Shown piece by piece: positions 1 through 12,999 of a stretch of 64,000 nucleotides of DNA. The notes beneath the pieces were generated by a model. That model was not told the DNA's origin. It ran no database searches and saw only the letters and a program-made list of their open reading frames with translations. The DNA is taken from positions 171,561,741-171,625,740 of the forward strand of contig CM041465.1 in the NCBI GenBank assembly GCA_023213395.1, read 5' to 3'. Every line of letters begins with the position of its first letter. Position 1 is the first letter of the stretch. The position numbers and the translations under genes were made by a program. The stretch is from Cycas panzhihuaensis. Its lineage: Eukaryota > Plantae > Cycadophyta.

Positions 1-8
1 TATATATG

Positions 9-44
<36 letters not shown>

Positions 45-72
45 GATATATATATGTATATATATATATATG

Positions 73-123
<51 letters not shown>

Positions 124-188
124 GTATATACATACACATATATATGTACACACACACACATATCTATCTATCTATATGTACATATATA
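1..188. repeat. Compound (TA)n/(CA)n microsatellite, open at the window start
   Basis: Direct reading: TA repeats interrupted by TG, CA and TC units. Confidence 0.97.
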
Positions 189-189
189 T

Positions 190-762
190 TATTAGTAATA
201 ATATTCATTATTTTATTAAAGGTGTACATAAGTTATCTTGGGACTTCACAAGTTGTCAATAGTCATCAACAGCCATCAAATATGTATTTTAAATTATTAT
301 TTTGAATTTAAAAAGGGTTGGTGGATGGTGGGTTCCCTCCCAACTATAAATAAATGGAATTTTGCCTAACGTTGTTTACCAACATCGCCATTATATTAAA
401 TTTTGTTACAATGGATACCTAACATATATATTTTTAACAATAATGTTCATTATTTTATTAAAGGTGTGCATAAATTACCTTGGGAGTTAACAAGCCATCA
501 ATAGCCACCAATAGTTGTCAAGTATATATTTCAAATTATTATTTTAAATTTAAAAAGTATTGGTGGATGGTGAGTTCTCTCCTAACCATAAATAAATGGG
601 ATTTTATCCAAAGGTGTTTACTAACACTGTCATTATGTTAATATTTTGTTATAATGGATACCTAATATTAATCTTTATATTCTTTATATTATATTCTTTT
701 ACAAATATGGAATAACTATTATTCCACTCTATTCCCCTGTTTACTTCATTTAGTATCAGAGC
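190..762 (+). mobile_element. Degenerate 5' LTR (element A) followed by a tRNA-iMet PBS
   Basis: Ends ...TTACTTCA(748)-TT-TAGTATCAGAGC (751-762), one mismatch from the canonical TGGTATCAGAGC. Shares motifs with the inverted LTR at 4607-4943. The left boundary is uncertain. Confidence 0.6.
195..668 (+). repeat. Diverged tandem duplication of a ~240 bp unit inside LTR A
   Basis: Units at ~195-425 and ~436-668 share ttcattattttattaaaggtg, ttggtggatggtg, ataaataaatgg and aatggatacctaa. Confidence 0.9.
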
Positions 763-1059
763 TTCTTGGGTTGGCTTCATTTAGCTACATTTGACATCAA
801 AGCAAAGATTTCTTAATTTTAAAGCAAAGATTTATCAAAAATGTCTCATTACAAGTATTATATTAAATTTTTATTCATTTTTATAAAATTTATTAATAAT
901 TTTTTATATTATTTTATTAAATATTTAACTATTTTGATTCATATGCTTAATATAATCTATATTTTCTCATATCTATGTAATAATAGTTGGTATAATCTTC
1001 TTGGCATTTATTTAAAGTCATTACATTGAGGTTTTATTTAATATTTTATAAGATTTTAA

Positions 1060-1890
1060 TAGTTTTCTCACTATTTTTTTAGGTTTTTCTATAAATCTAA
1101 AATTCTATAGGCTAGTGCACTCTCCACAGTGGTTGAATCTATCTCAAATGACCATTCATTTGAAAGTTATCTAAGTCAGCTTTGCACTGGATTCAACGGT
1201 TTTAAATTCTATTGCCTCTTAGTGGAGATATTGCTTTTAGAAGCTCACCCTCTCTAACTGCCTCCTGAAACCCTAATGCACCATTTAAAAATCATTAGTT
1301 TATACATTGATTTCTCTCTAATATCTCTAAAGTAGGGTTGTAGGTCCATTAGTGACTACATAAAGATATTTTGTGAGTTATTTTACCCTTTGTTTCTATT
1401 ATACGAACTCTAGTTAACCATTTGACTTCCAAACCTTTTGTCATTTTATTCTAGCTCTTTGCTTAGTGGAATCTAAGAAAACTTAAGGTGTGTCTCTATG
1501 TTGGGCATCTCTTACTTCTCCTAAACTTTTGTCTCAATCTGAGATGTGTACGAAGAGATTTAGCTCCCTAAACTTTTTACATACGTGTAGACCTGTGAAA
1601 TCTATAAACATTATTTTTTATATTTTAAATCATTTTTAAAATAGAGCTACAATGAGTAATTTCCACTTTGGTGCCTAGGGGTTTTAGTAGATAGAGAGAC
1701 AAACTGTACTTCCAAGAGCTATAACTCACTATAGGAGCGACGATTTTTCGAACCGTCTTCTCTTAAGCGTAGAGGACTTAGAGAAGAGTCAAATGAGTAG
1801 TCACTTGACATAGTTCTGAGTAGTGTGGAGATCACATCATCCTGCCAAAGTTTAGGAATCTAATAGAACCTTGAAAAAATAGAGAAAAAT
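1060..1890. repeat. Diverged inverted repeat (arms ~1060-1290 and ~1660-1890), 5' leader regions of two related LTR elements
   Basis: The reverse complement of 1660-1890 aligns colinearly with 1060-1290 (ctccaca, tcatttga, ctaagtc, acggtt, aaaccc...gcacca). Confidence 0.7.
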
Positions 1891-2024
1891 GATTCAAATC
1901 TTATAAAATATTAAACGAAACCTCAAAATAATTACACCAAATGATTGTCGGGATAAATGTGCACGCTATAACTAAAAAATCTAAAGAAATATAGATTAAA
2001 TGGACCATACATATCAATAATAAC

Positions 2025-4464
<2,440 letters not shown>

Positions 4465-4532
4465 GAATATTAATAAACGTTATAAAAACTGACGAAATGT
4501 TAAATATTTGCTTGCCGCGAAGTGGAATCAAT

Positions 4533-4604
4533 GCTCTGATACCAAATGTGGGTAAACCTGGTCTCTGATACTAAATATAGGTGAACTAGTGTGCTATGGT
4601 ACCA
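4533..4604 (-). promoter_or_regulatory. Three tandem tRNA-iMet primer-binding sites (~30 bp period)
   Basis: Plus strand gctctgatacca 4533-4544 (perfect), tctctgatacta 4562-4573 and gctatggtacca 4593-4604. Each is followed by AA and a copy of the LTR terminus (tgtgggta, tataggtg, tgtaggtg). Confidence 0.8.
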
Positions 4605-4606
4605 AA

Positions 4607-4943
4607 TGTAGGTGTAAGGAGAACAAAGTAGAGTGAATGCATATTACTCAAGCCATATTCAAAATACACATTTGAAATAACATTATATTTATCCATTGCA
4701 AAGAGAGTACATAGCATTTCTAATTAGATGCCGATGTTAAAAAATACCAGGAAGGTATTCCCTTAATATATATAGTTCAAGAATGCAGAAGACAGCCTTT
4801 ACATGACAATTCAAACAAATAATAAAAAATTAAATAATATAATATACATACGTACCTTAGTTGGCTCGTTGATGGCTCTAGTGGACTCTAGGTGACTTTA
4901 GGTAGTTTTTGGGGGCCTAAGGTGCATGCACATACACTTAACA
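4607..4943 (-). mobile_element. 5' LTR of a minus-strand LTR retrotransposon (element B)
   Basis: TG...CA termini (tgtagg...cttaaca) adjacent to the PBS. Motifs (tatccattg, cgatgtt, gccatcaa) are shared in inverted orientation with 190-748. Confidence 0.55.
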
Positions 4944-7757
4944 AATGGGCATTATCCCAACAGGGGCCAGGGTTGGCATGGGGGAATCTTTATTTAGATC
5001 ATCATTAAGTAATTATGTTAGTTGATGTTTAAGCCAGTATTTAGTTATTATTCATGTTACTATCTAAATCTTTATTTGAATTACATATGGACCTCTATTT
5101 AAGTTATTTTTTAGCCTCATTTTGGTTATAATAAGACTTTAATTGAGTGTATATTTGTGTTTGCATTTGAAACATTATTAAGGTCATTATTTGGACCATT
5201 TTTAGGGGGTCACCATTGTTTAATAAATTTAGTTAAGGCTTGATTCATTAATAAGCTACAAATATGATTATATTAGCAACACTTTTATTGATCTTAATAG
5301 GGCTTGGAAAAAAGAAGAAGTGAAGAATAAGGTTAATAATTTGGTTATTAGTCAAACTTCTATATTAATGGTTGCCTTCTATCTATATTGTATTATAGAT
5401 TTTGACTCTTGCAAACATATATTTTTATTTCATATATGTGTGTATGTGTGTGTGTGTGAAGGACACTAACAATCAAAATTTATAACATTAACTTTTACCT
5501 CTAAGATTCATTTGTGATTTTAATTCTAATTATCATTTCTTGTGTTTATTCTACCATGCTTAACATGTTATCGAACTTTTGATTCTTATCATTGTATTTA
5601 TTCTATAGTATAATGTGTTTTTTTTAATAATTCAATTATAAAAATGATATAATCTAAAAAGTAATTAAATATAGAGAAATATAAAAATTATATAATTTTT
5701 AACATTCATTTTAAAAATAATTATTTTATTCATAATTTTTCTTTTGACGATATGTACTAAGCAGATGGAATCTAATCTCTGTTTATTGAGGTTTATCACC
5801 TTATGATCTAGTTCTCCTCTATAATCCCACATGGGGATCAAACTTAGAACTTCCAACACCATAGGGTAGATACTTATTAATACACCCTGGCACCCAACCT
5901 TATTTTATTCATAATTAAAAGAGAGAAATATTAACAAAAATGAATTTATAAAATCTTTGTATTGGAGATTGAGACATAGGTTGAAAATTTTTAATTCTAA
6001 TTGATTCTAACTATAAATGTTCTTATGTGTATTTATTATCCTTGAACAATTACTATTATCTATTATATATATACATACATTTACATTTTGGTATTAGTTA
6101 CATAGATGAAGTAAATTAGAAATAGGTATAGTTAGTACTTTCACTACCACCTTAAAGATGATTCAGATGTAGAGTGATTTAAATTTTTTAAAACTATATA
6201 CAAATATAAGAGGCATTTAAATGCAAAAGGTGATATTAATTTTTAAAAGTAGTTTTAAGTTTAAAAATAATTTTGGTCTTCATTGTTAGCATATGCAAGT
6301 GTGAATCTAGAAGTAATTATTCTATTTATTGTTTTTATTATTGGAAAAGCCCTATATTCATGCAAAATGAAGAATTAAGGCAGGAGAAAATATTTAGTAT
6401 ATCTAAAAGTTGCCGCTAGAATTATTTTGATTTATGGGGCCTTATCCTATTAACATTTAAGGTTAAATATATACACCTACTAGGACTTTGAGCAAGCTTA
6501 GGCACATGAAAAAGTAAGTTTTTGTACCCTTAATAGGAACTTGTGTGCACTAAGTAGATGTGCTTATTTAGGAAATCAAGCCCTTATACCTTAGTAATTA
6601 TGACATAGGTTTCATATTTTTTGGGTAATATTTTCAAGTATAAGACCATGAAAGGAGAGAGATAATGATGAATTTTAGAATTAGCAATATATATCTTGAT
6701 TTTGTGTATGTTTTTTAAGGAGACATGAACATAAGCATATGAACTTCTCTTTACTTGAGCATTTCCACCTTAGTGTACCTCTAATTATTGTCTTATATTG
6801 TGTACTTATTATGACTCTCTTACCTATCTTGTTTTTAGCATTTATGTACTATTTTCAAGGATGAGATGGAGGATTAAGAGAAGTGTCAATAGATTCAATG
6901 TAACTTTAAAGGTGATTCTAACAGTGGTAATGCACTTGTAGCTTGTTAACCATATACATATGCATGCCATGGTTCACTCTTGTTTATATCTCATTGTACT
7001 ATGATTCTTATGTCCATGACTTATGCTTGTATTTTAGCCACATATAATTTCAATATAAATTTGTATGCATATTGGTTTAAATGATATAGTGACAACATCA
7101 TCAAATGGTCTTCTCTTTCACATTAAATATATACATATGAATTTGTAGGAAAGTAAAACATTAAAGTCTATGGTCTTCTCCTTTGTGTTGAATATGTATT
7201 CATTATTGTTTCGAATTTGCTTTGATTATCATTGCCACCTAGTTAAAATTTCCTCATTATTTCTAGATACCATTTTATTGAGTGCAAGTTACATTTGTTT
7301 GTCTTCTTTTTTTATTTGTGTTTCAGTTATTCAACCTAGATTGCTTGTAGTCTGGAACATGTTATTTGTACTCACCTTATCACACTACTTGTATTCCTTA
7401 ATCACCTAGAATTATTGGGCTAGATTCTTGACCATGCGAATTTAAGATTCATGTATGCATATTAGCTCAAGGGAGATCAAGGCATTAGAGTGTGTGGCAT
7501 GTTGCCTTTTTTATATACATAGTTTATATTCTTAGTCCCTTCTCATCCTTGTCACATATTATAATTATAGTTGCCAAGTCAATTTTACCTATGGCATGTT
7601 GTATGCATGCATCTTCCCTTTTCTAATGTTGCTTGACTTATTTAGACCCCATTCCGAAGCATATGTTACGTACTTAAGTGGTCAAGTTTCCTTTTGGATC
7701 AACCACTCTTTCTCTTCATGGGTATTCACACTTGGGATACATTTATCTTTGATTGCC

Positions 7758-7765
7758 TATATATA
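7758..7765 (+). promoter_or_regulatory. Candidate TATA box of the RLK (also at 41231-41238)
   Basis: cctatatatatg lies ~60 bp upstream of the ATG and is conserved in both copies. The AT-rich context makes this weak. Confidence 0.3.
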
Positions 7766-7822
7766 TGAGTTTGAAGGAGGTTAACCCACACATAGCCCTA
7801 AGATTCATTTTCAATTTTGAAG

Positions 7823-9600
7823 ATGCATCTCTTATTGTTATTTGTTTTGCCCTCTCTTAGATTCCTTGTATCGTTCTCAACTCTTGTCCAAGCATCTCAT
7901 TTTAATCCTCATCCCTACCTCAACAATGCTAGTGATAGGCACTCTCTTTTGGCATTCAAGGCTTCAATCATGTCTGATCCTAACTACGTATTAGGCAATT
8001 GGGATTCTAATGTAACCTTCTGCAATTGAAGAGGCATTTGGTGCAGTTCAAGAAGAGAAAGAGTGGTGGCCATAAATCTCCAAAGCAAGGGCTTAAGAGG
8101 TACCATCACTCCCTTTCTTAAAAATCTCTCAATTTTGCACACTCTACGACTTGGTAATAATAGTCTTTATGGTCCCATTCCACACGAATTAGGAAGCCTC
8201 CGCCTATTAAGAACCCTTTCGTTGCCGATAAACGAGTTAGAGGGTCCCATTCCGACGGCACTCGCTAACTGCAGCAAATTGGAAATCTTAGCTCTCTCGT
8301 TCAACCAGTTGAGCGGAATCGTTCCGCTGAGCTATCTCACCTTCATCACAGCAACCTCAAGGCCACCATTCCTCCATCGTTTGGGTCATTCCCCAGGGTG
8401 TCATTCCCCCTCGGTTGGGTCTCCTCATTAATCTACAGTCCCTTTTGATTAGCGAGAATCATCTGAGCGGACACATTCCACCGTCCCTTTGTGGATCGTG
8501 GATACATTTGCCTGCATGTCTCGCTTCTGCTTCCGGGAAACACACAGATCATGCACACGCACTTCTCAAAAGAATAATAGCGTCGGTAGCTGCCGTTGGC
8601 GGTCTTACTCGTGGGCTTCTTTCGGAGTCGCAATTGGTATCCCAAGAATTTGGATCTCTCCAAAGATTTTACGCCAAAACGAGGTCCCCCAAGGATTTCA
8701 TAGCAGGAGCTTCTTACTGCAACTAATGGTTTCGACGAGGCCAACTTGTTAGGAGTTGGTAGCTTTGGGTCTGTCTATAAAGCCATTCTCCGTGACGGAC
8801 CCAAAGCTGCCATAAAGGTGTTTCCTTTCCAGAACGAAGAGTCTGACAAAAGTTTTAGGAGAGAATGCAGAGTATTGAGAAGAATTCGGCACCGGAATCT
8901 GGTTCGAATCATAACCTCCATCTCCGACGAACACCTCAAATGTCTGGATTTTCAGTTCATGCTTTATGGAAGTTTGGATAAGTGCTTGCATCCTGCTACA
9001 GATCGCTTGCACATTGCAGCCTAGCAATGTGCTCCTTCACGAAAGCATGATCGGCTACATCGCCCCAGGTGGCCCTCTTATTTGTATTCTCTGTGGATTT
9101 GTATTGGAATTGGAAAAACCAAAATCTAATTGTGTGTGAATTGGAATGCAGAGTATGAATTGAATGGAACGGTTTCAACCAAGGGAGATGTGTACAGCTA
9201 TGGCATTTTGTTGTTGGAAATGCTTACAAGGAAAAAGCCAACCGACGCCATGTTTGCGGAAGGGGATTTGAACCTGAACAAGTGGGTCGCCTTGGCTTAT
9301 CCTGATAGAATACCCGATGTGGTCGATCGCAGCTTGCTGGAGGGTTTAAATACTGACCGGCAGGAAATCGTCCGCTATTGTCTTCTTCGACTCGTGCATG
9401 TGGGATTACTGTCCTCCAAAGAATCACCAGAAGACCGACCGAGCATGAGAGCGGTGGAGGGGGCATTGGAGAGTATTAAGCAGAGCTTTGAAGGAGCCAC
9501 ACTGTCTGCTGCCAGATTTGCATCGGATATATGGCATTTAGTGGGCAATCCAAGTGCTGTTGGCGTAGGGTTGGGATCCCGAAACTCGCTAGGTATCTAA
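7823..9600 (+). pseudogene. LRR receptor-like Ser/Thr kinase pseudogene, LRR-XII type, copy 1 (LRR-deleted, kinase damaged)
   Basis: Signal peptide, LRRNT (DRHSLLAFK...NW...FCN*RGIWC), ~4 LRRs and TM. Kinase motifs LGVGSFGSVYKA, AIKV, RHRNLVRII, PSNVLL, GYIAP|EY, GDVYSYGILLLEMLTRKKPT and PEDRPSM. Stops at 8027-8029 and 8701-8703, plus frameshifting deletions; the HCDLK and DFG segments are missing. Confidence 0.95.
9069..9151 (+). other. 83 bp GT-AG intron in the kinase domain
   Basis: gccccag|GT...aatgcAG|agtat splits GYIAP-E-Y, the conserved intron position of LRR-XII kinases. Confidence 0.9.
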
Positions 9601-9806
9601 GATATCACGCCGCAAAGTAGCTGCTCTTCTTTCTTTAACACGTTGTACACCATTTTGGAACTCGCAAATAATTAGGTGGATGTTATCGTTCGAATGATTT
9701 GTTTGATGTCTAAATATTTTGCATTCGATGAATTTTTTTTAATAGTTTATAAGTGTATGGATGTTTTTCATATGATGTCGAACTTTATGGAAATTGTTTA
9801 TTATGC

Positions 9807-9916
9807 TAAAAAGGATTAATGCCATGAACTACGAGAATCCATATTAAGTAGAGAAAGACTTTAAAAAGGATTAATGCCATGAACTACGAGAATCCATATT
9901 AAGTAGAGAAAGACTT
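9807..9916 (+). repeat. Perfect 55 bp tandem duplication downstream of the RLK
   Basis: taaaaaggattaatgccatgaactacgagaatccatattaagtagagaaagactt occurs twice (9807-9861, 9862-9916). Confidence 0.97.
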
Positions 9917-11269
9917 TAAGATGAGTTGGTACTAATATGTGTGTACATCAATTTGGAGGGGGTGGAAGAAATAATATAAAGAAAAGGGATCTTATGACAT
10001 TGTCATTTTAGATTATTTGTCCATTCATCTTCTATGGTCATTATGCATCTATCTCCAAATAATAAAATATAATAAAACAACACTTCTTTGAGAGTAAGGA
10101 TGAGAGAAGAGAGGGGAAATGAGTGAGGTAAGAGACAATGCACTTAAATATGGGATGGGACATGGGTACAAATGGCTAAGATGACATGATATTAGATGTG
10201 ATATAAGTGTAAAGAGGATAAATAATATGTGATTATAATTAACATTAAAAAAATAATATCAAGTATGCATGTACATGCATACAAATAAATCCACGATAAT
10301 TATTTGCAATCACAACAATCACCTACTTGATAATATTTTTTGGGATGAAATAAGATTTCAAACTATCAATTATTTAGGAAAATGATAAAGAATATATAAA
10401 TAAGCTCTTATGCAATTATTGTTTAAATGCTCGAAGCTATGCTAATAATTAATCAATAATACATAAAATATGCTAATAATTATTTTAATACTCAAGTAAA
10501 AGTCCTTTCGTCAAAACATCCTAAAAAATAAACCTATGCATATTCTCTTAATAAGACTTAAAGGCATGGTATACAATAATTTTACAAGAGGCTACCATGA
10601 TAGCTAAATAAACACAAATCAAACCATAAGAATATTGTAACATCATAAACTTTTCTTCAAAAATTACATTTTACAAGTGAAACTAAAATAATATATGATC
10701 TATATGTTGATCATGCTACTTATGTTACTCATGTAGGGGTATGTGTCAAAATTGTAGCTAAAATAACCTTAAAAAAAACTAAATTTAATATCAATATTTA
10801 TCATAAAAAATGTAGGTATAAAAGGCTTCCATTTTTTATAAGAATAGAAGAGTACCCAAAGCTACAATATGATATGCTCAATGAAATTTACAATGATGCC
10901 ATGAATAAAAAGTTAAAGATTCACTAAAAATATAAAATTATATAATTCTTAAAGTAAAACTTAGATTTATCGAGGATAAGGGGATGGAGACCCTTCTTCC
11001 TCTCCTTTTAATGTCCTAATCTATATGTTGCTTCTATGAGTCCTAGAACACCTAACAGCTTGCAGGGGTAGTAGATTCATATTGGGAGTGTAGAATTTTA
11101 AACTTATTTTGATATAACATATTAACAAATGTATATGGGTAAAATATGTATTAACCATTAATGTATTCATAAATATATAAGGATCAATAATTACATGATC
11201 ATTCAATAATATAAAGGATAATAAGGGCAATCAAAGAGTCAATCATGAAACCATAATATGACACAATGC

Positions 11270-12540
11270 TTAATATGAAAAGCCTGTGCATGGAAAAAAA
11301 CACCTCTAAAAATCACACATAAGATATCATTATATAATAAACTTGACTTTGTTACTTCTTCATATCTACAATATGATAAAGAACACAACAAAAATGGAGG
11401 TAGATGGAGTTGTGATGAAGATGAAGTGTACCAAATAAAGACACACCACAATGAACCTAAATAATACCAATCTTTGATTAACAAAATATAACTTTATAAT
11501 GCATAGGGTGGTGTGCTTATAATAGCACAAGATCACCTTTAAACCTTAATTCTTATATTATTTTATTAACCTACCTCTAAGTTGACCTATCACCAATTTC
11601 CTGTATTATTTAATTAGCATAACACTAACCCGACTAACCTAACTTAATTCCATGTGAACACTATTATCCTAACCTAAATTTATATGGTGAGGATCACCAT
11701 ATTCCCTCCCCCCTTAAATGCTTTGCCCCCAAAGCATCTAAATACATGAATACATATGATTACCACCTCATGTTGTTGCTAGGATGTTTATAGTAGATGT
11801 TTCATCCTTCTACCATAATATGAAAACTACTATTGCACTTGATATTAGAGAAGAATGATGCTTTATATACACTTTTTCTGTTGAATAGGAATATGCATCA
11901 AATGAGTGTAGTCCCTTTTATTAGATATCATCATCAAAGAAATGAGGACCCATGGTGTAATAATTTGGGGATCTACAAAATTAGGGATCTAATTACTCTT
12001 ACAAGATGGATAAAGATGGCACCTCTATTTTATACTTAAGCTCTTTTTTAATGCTTACACATTTACACTACATGGTTGAGTGATATTGGTCCTTTAAAAG
12101 TTCACCTTGTTTAACATATAACTCATAATTTTCTTCTAAGGTGATAAACTCTATGTTGATCACATTGTGATGTAGTGGAGAGTTAAGCAAAGGGATTTCA
12201 ACATGCTTATTCAAAGTTGGTAAAAAAGAAAAATTTACATCAACCATAGATTTTATTTCCCCAATTTCTTCTTCTTCTTCTTCTTCTTCTTGCTTGGTCC
12301 TTCCTCTCATAAGGGAACTTTAATTAGAAATGAGTTCTTTATGTGATAGTGGAGAGAAAAATTAAGGAGACCCAATTTTGGCCTATAGTGTTCAAGATAT
12401 AATTGGTGTACCCACCACTAAAGGTATAATTTTTAGTTATAGAATACCTTAACAAATCTTCTCATACATTGTTAGGTTAACCTCTTTAGAGTATGTGGGT
12501 GAGGTTGTATGTTAGTCATCAAAAGTGACTAAACCATAAA
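11270..12540 (-). mobile_element. Highly degenerate Gypsy-like 3' end (PPT and adjoining LTR/internal remnant); partner at ~45150-46400
   Basis: The minus strand reads ggggcaaagcatttaaggggggagggaata-TG at ~11700-11730, a typical Gypsy polypurine tract. No clear protein motif, and the boundaries are guessed. Confidence 0.4.
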
Positions 12541-12564
12541 GACTAAAATGAAGAAGTTGGGTCA

Positions 12565-12565
<1 letters not shown>

Positions 12566-12645
<80 letters not shown>

Positions 12646-12652
12646 CATACAC

Positions 12653-12712
<60 letters not shown>

Positions 12713-12742
12713 GTATGTATGTATACATATATACATACATAT
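12566..12742. repeat. Compound (TA)n(CA)n microsatellite (shorter partner at 46422-46530)
   Basis: Direct reading. Confidence 0.95.
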
Positions 12743-12999
12743 GTATTCATGTGCAATATAAATCTTTATGAAATTATAAGATCTAATGGTAAACTTTAAT
12801 ATCTAGTTCAAATAAAGTGCAAAATATATTACACAGTAGCCTAAAATTAAGCCCACAAAATAAGGATTCTTCTAGAATAGATAAAATTAAATTTTGAGTC
12901 CATATGGAAAAGATATAGGCAAAACTATAAATGTTGGTGCTAAAATTTTAAGATGGCTCTTTTAATTAAGTTTTAGCCCCTTTAAAAATGTGAACTTGG

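Noticed and set aside
1724-1735. ACTCACTATAGG, matching the 3' part of the T7 promoter
   Set aside because: Only 12 nt match, the upstream TAATACG is absent, there is no other vector sequence, and it lies within a retroelement leader with a diverged inverted homologue.
4533-4615. Short regularly spaced repeats resembling a mini CRISPR array
   Set aside because: The context is eukaryotic, the repeat is the tRNA-iMet PBS, the intervening sequences are similar to each other rather than unique spacers, and there are no cas genes.
9130-9600. 156 aa ORF as a standalone kinase gene
   Set aside because: It is the last exon of the RLK pseudogene. The listed start is a non-ATG codon inside the intron, and the catalytic motifs are missing.
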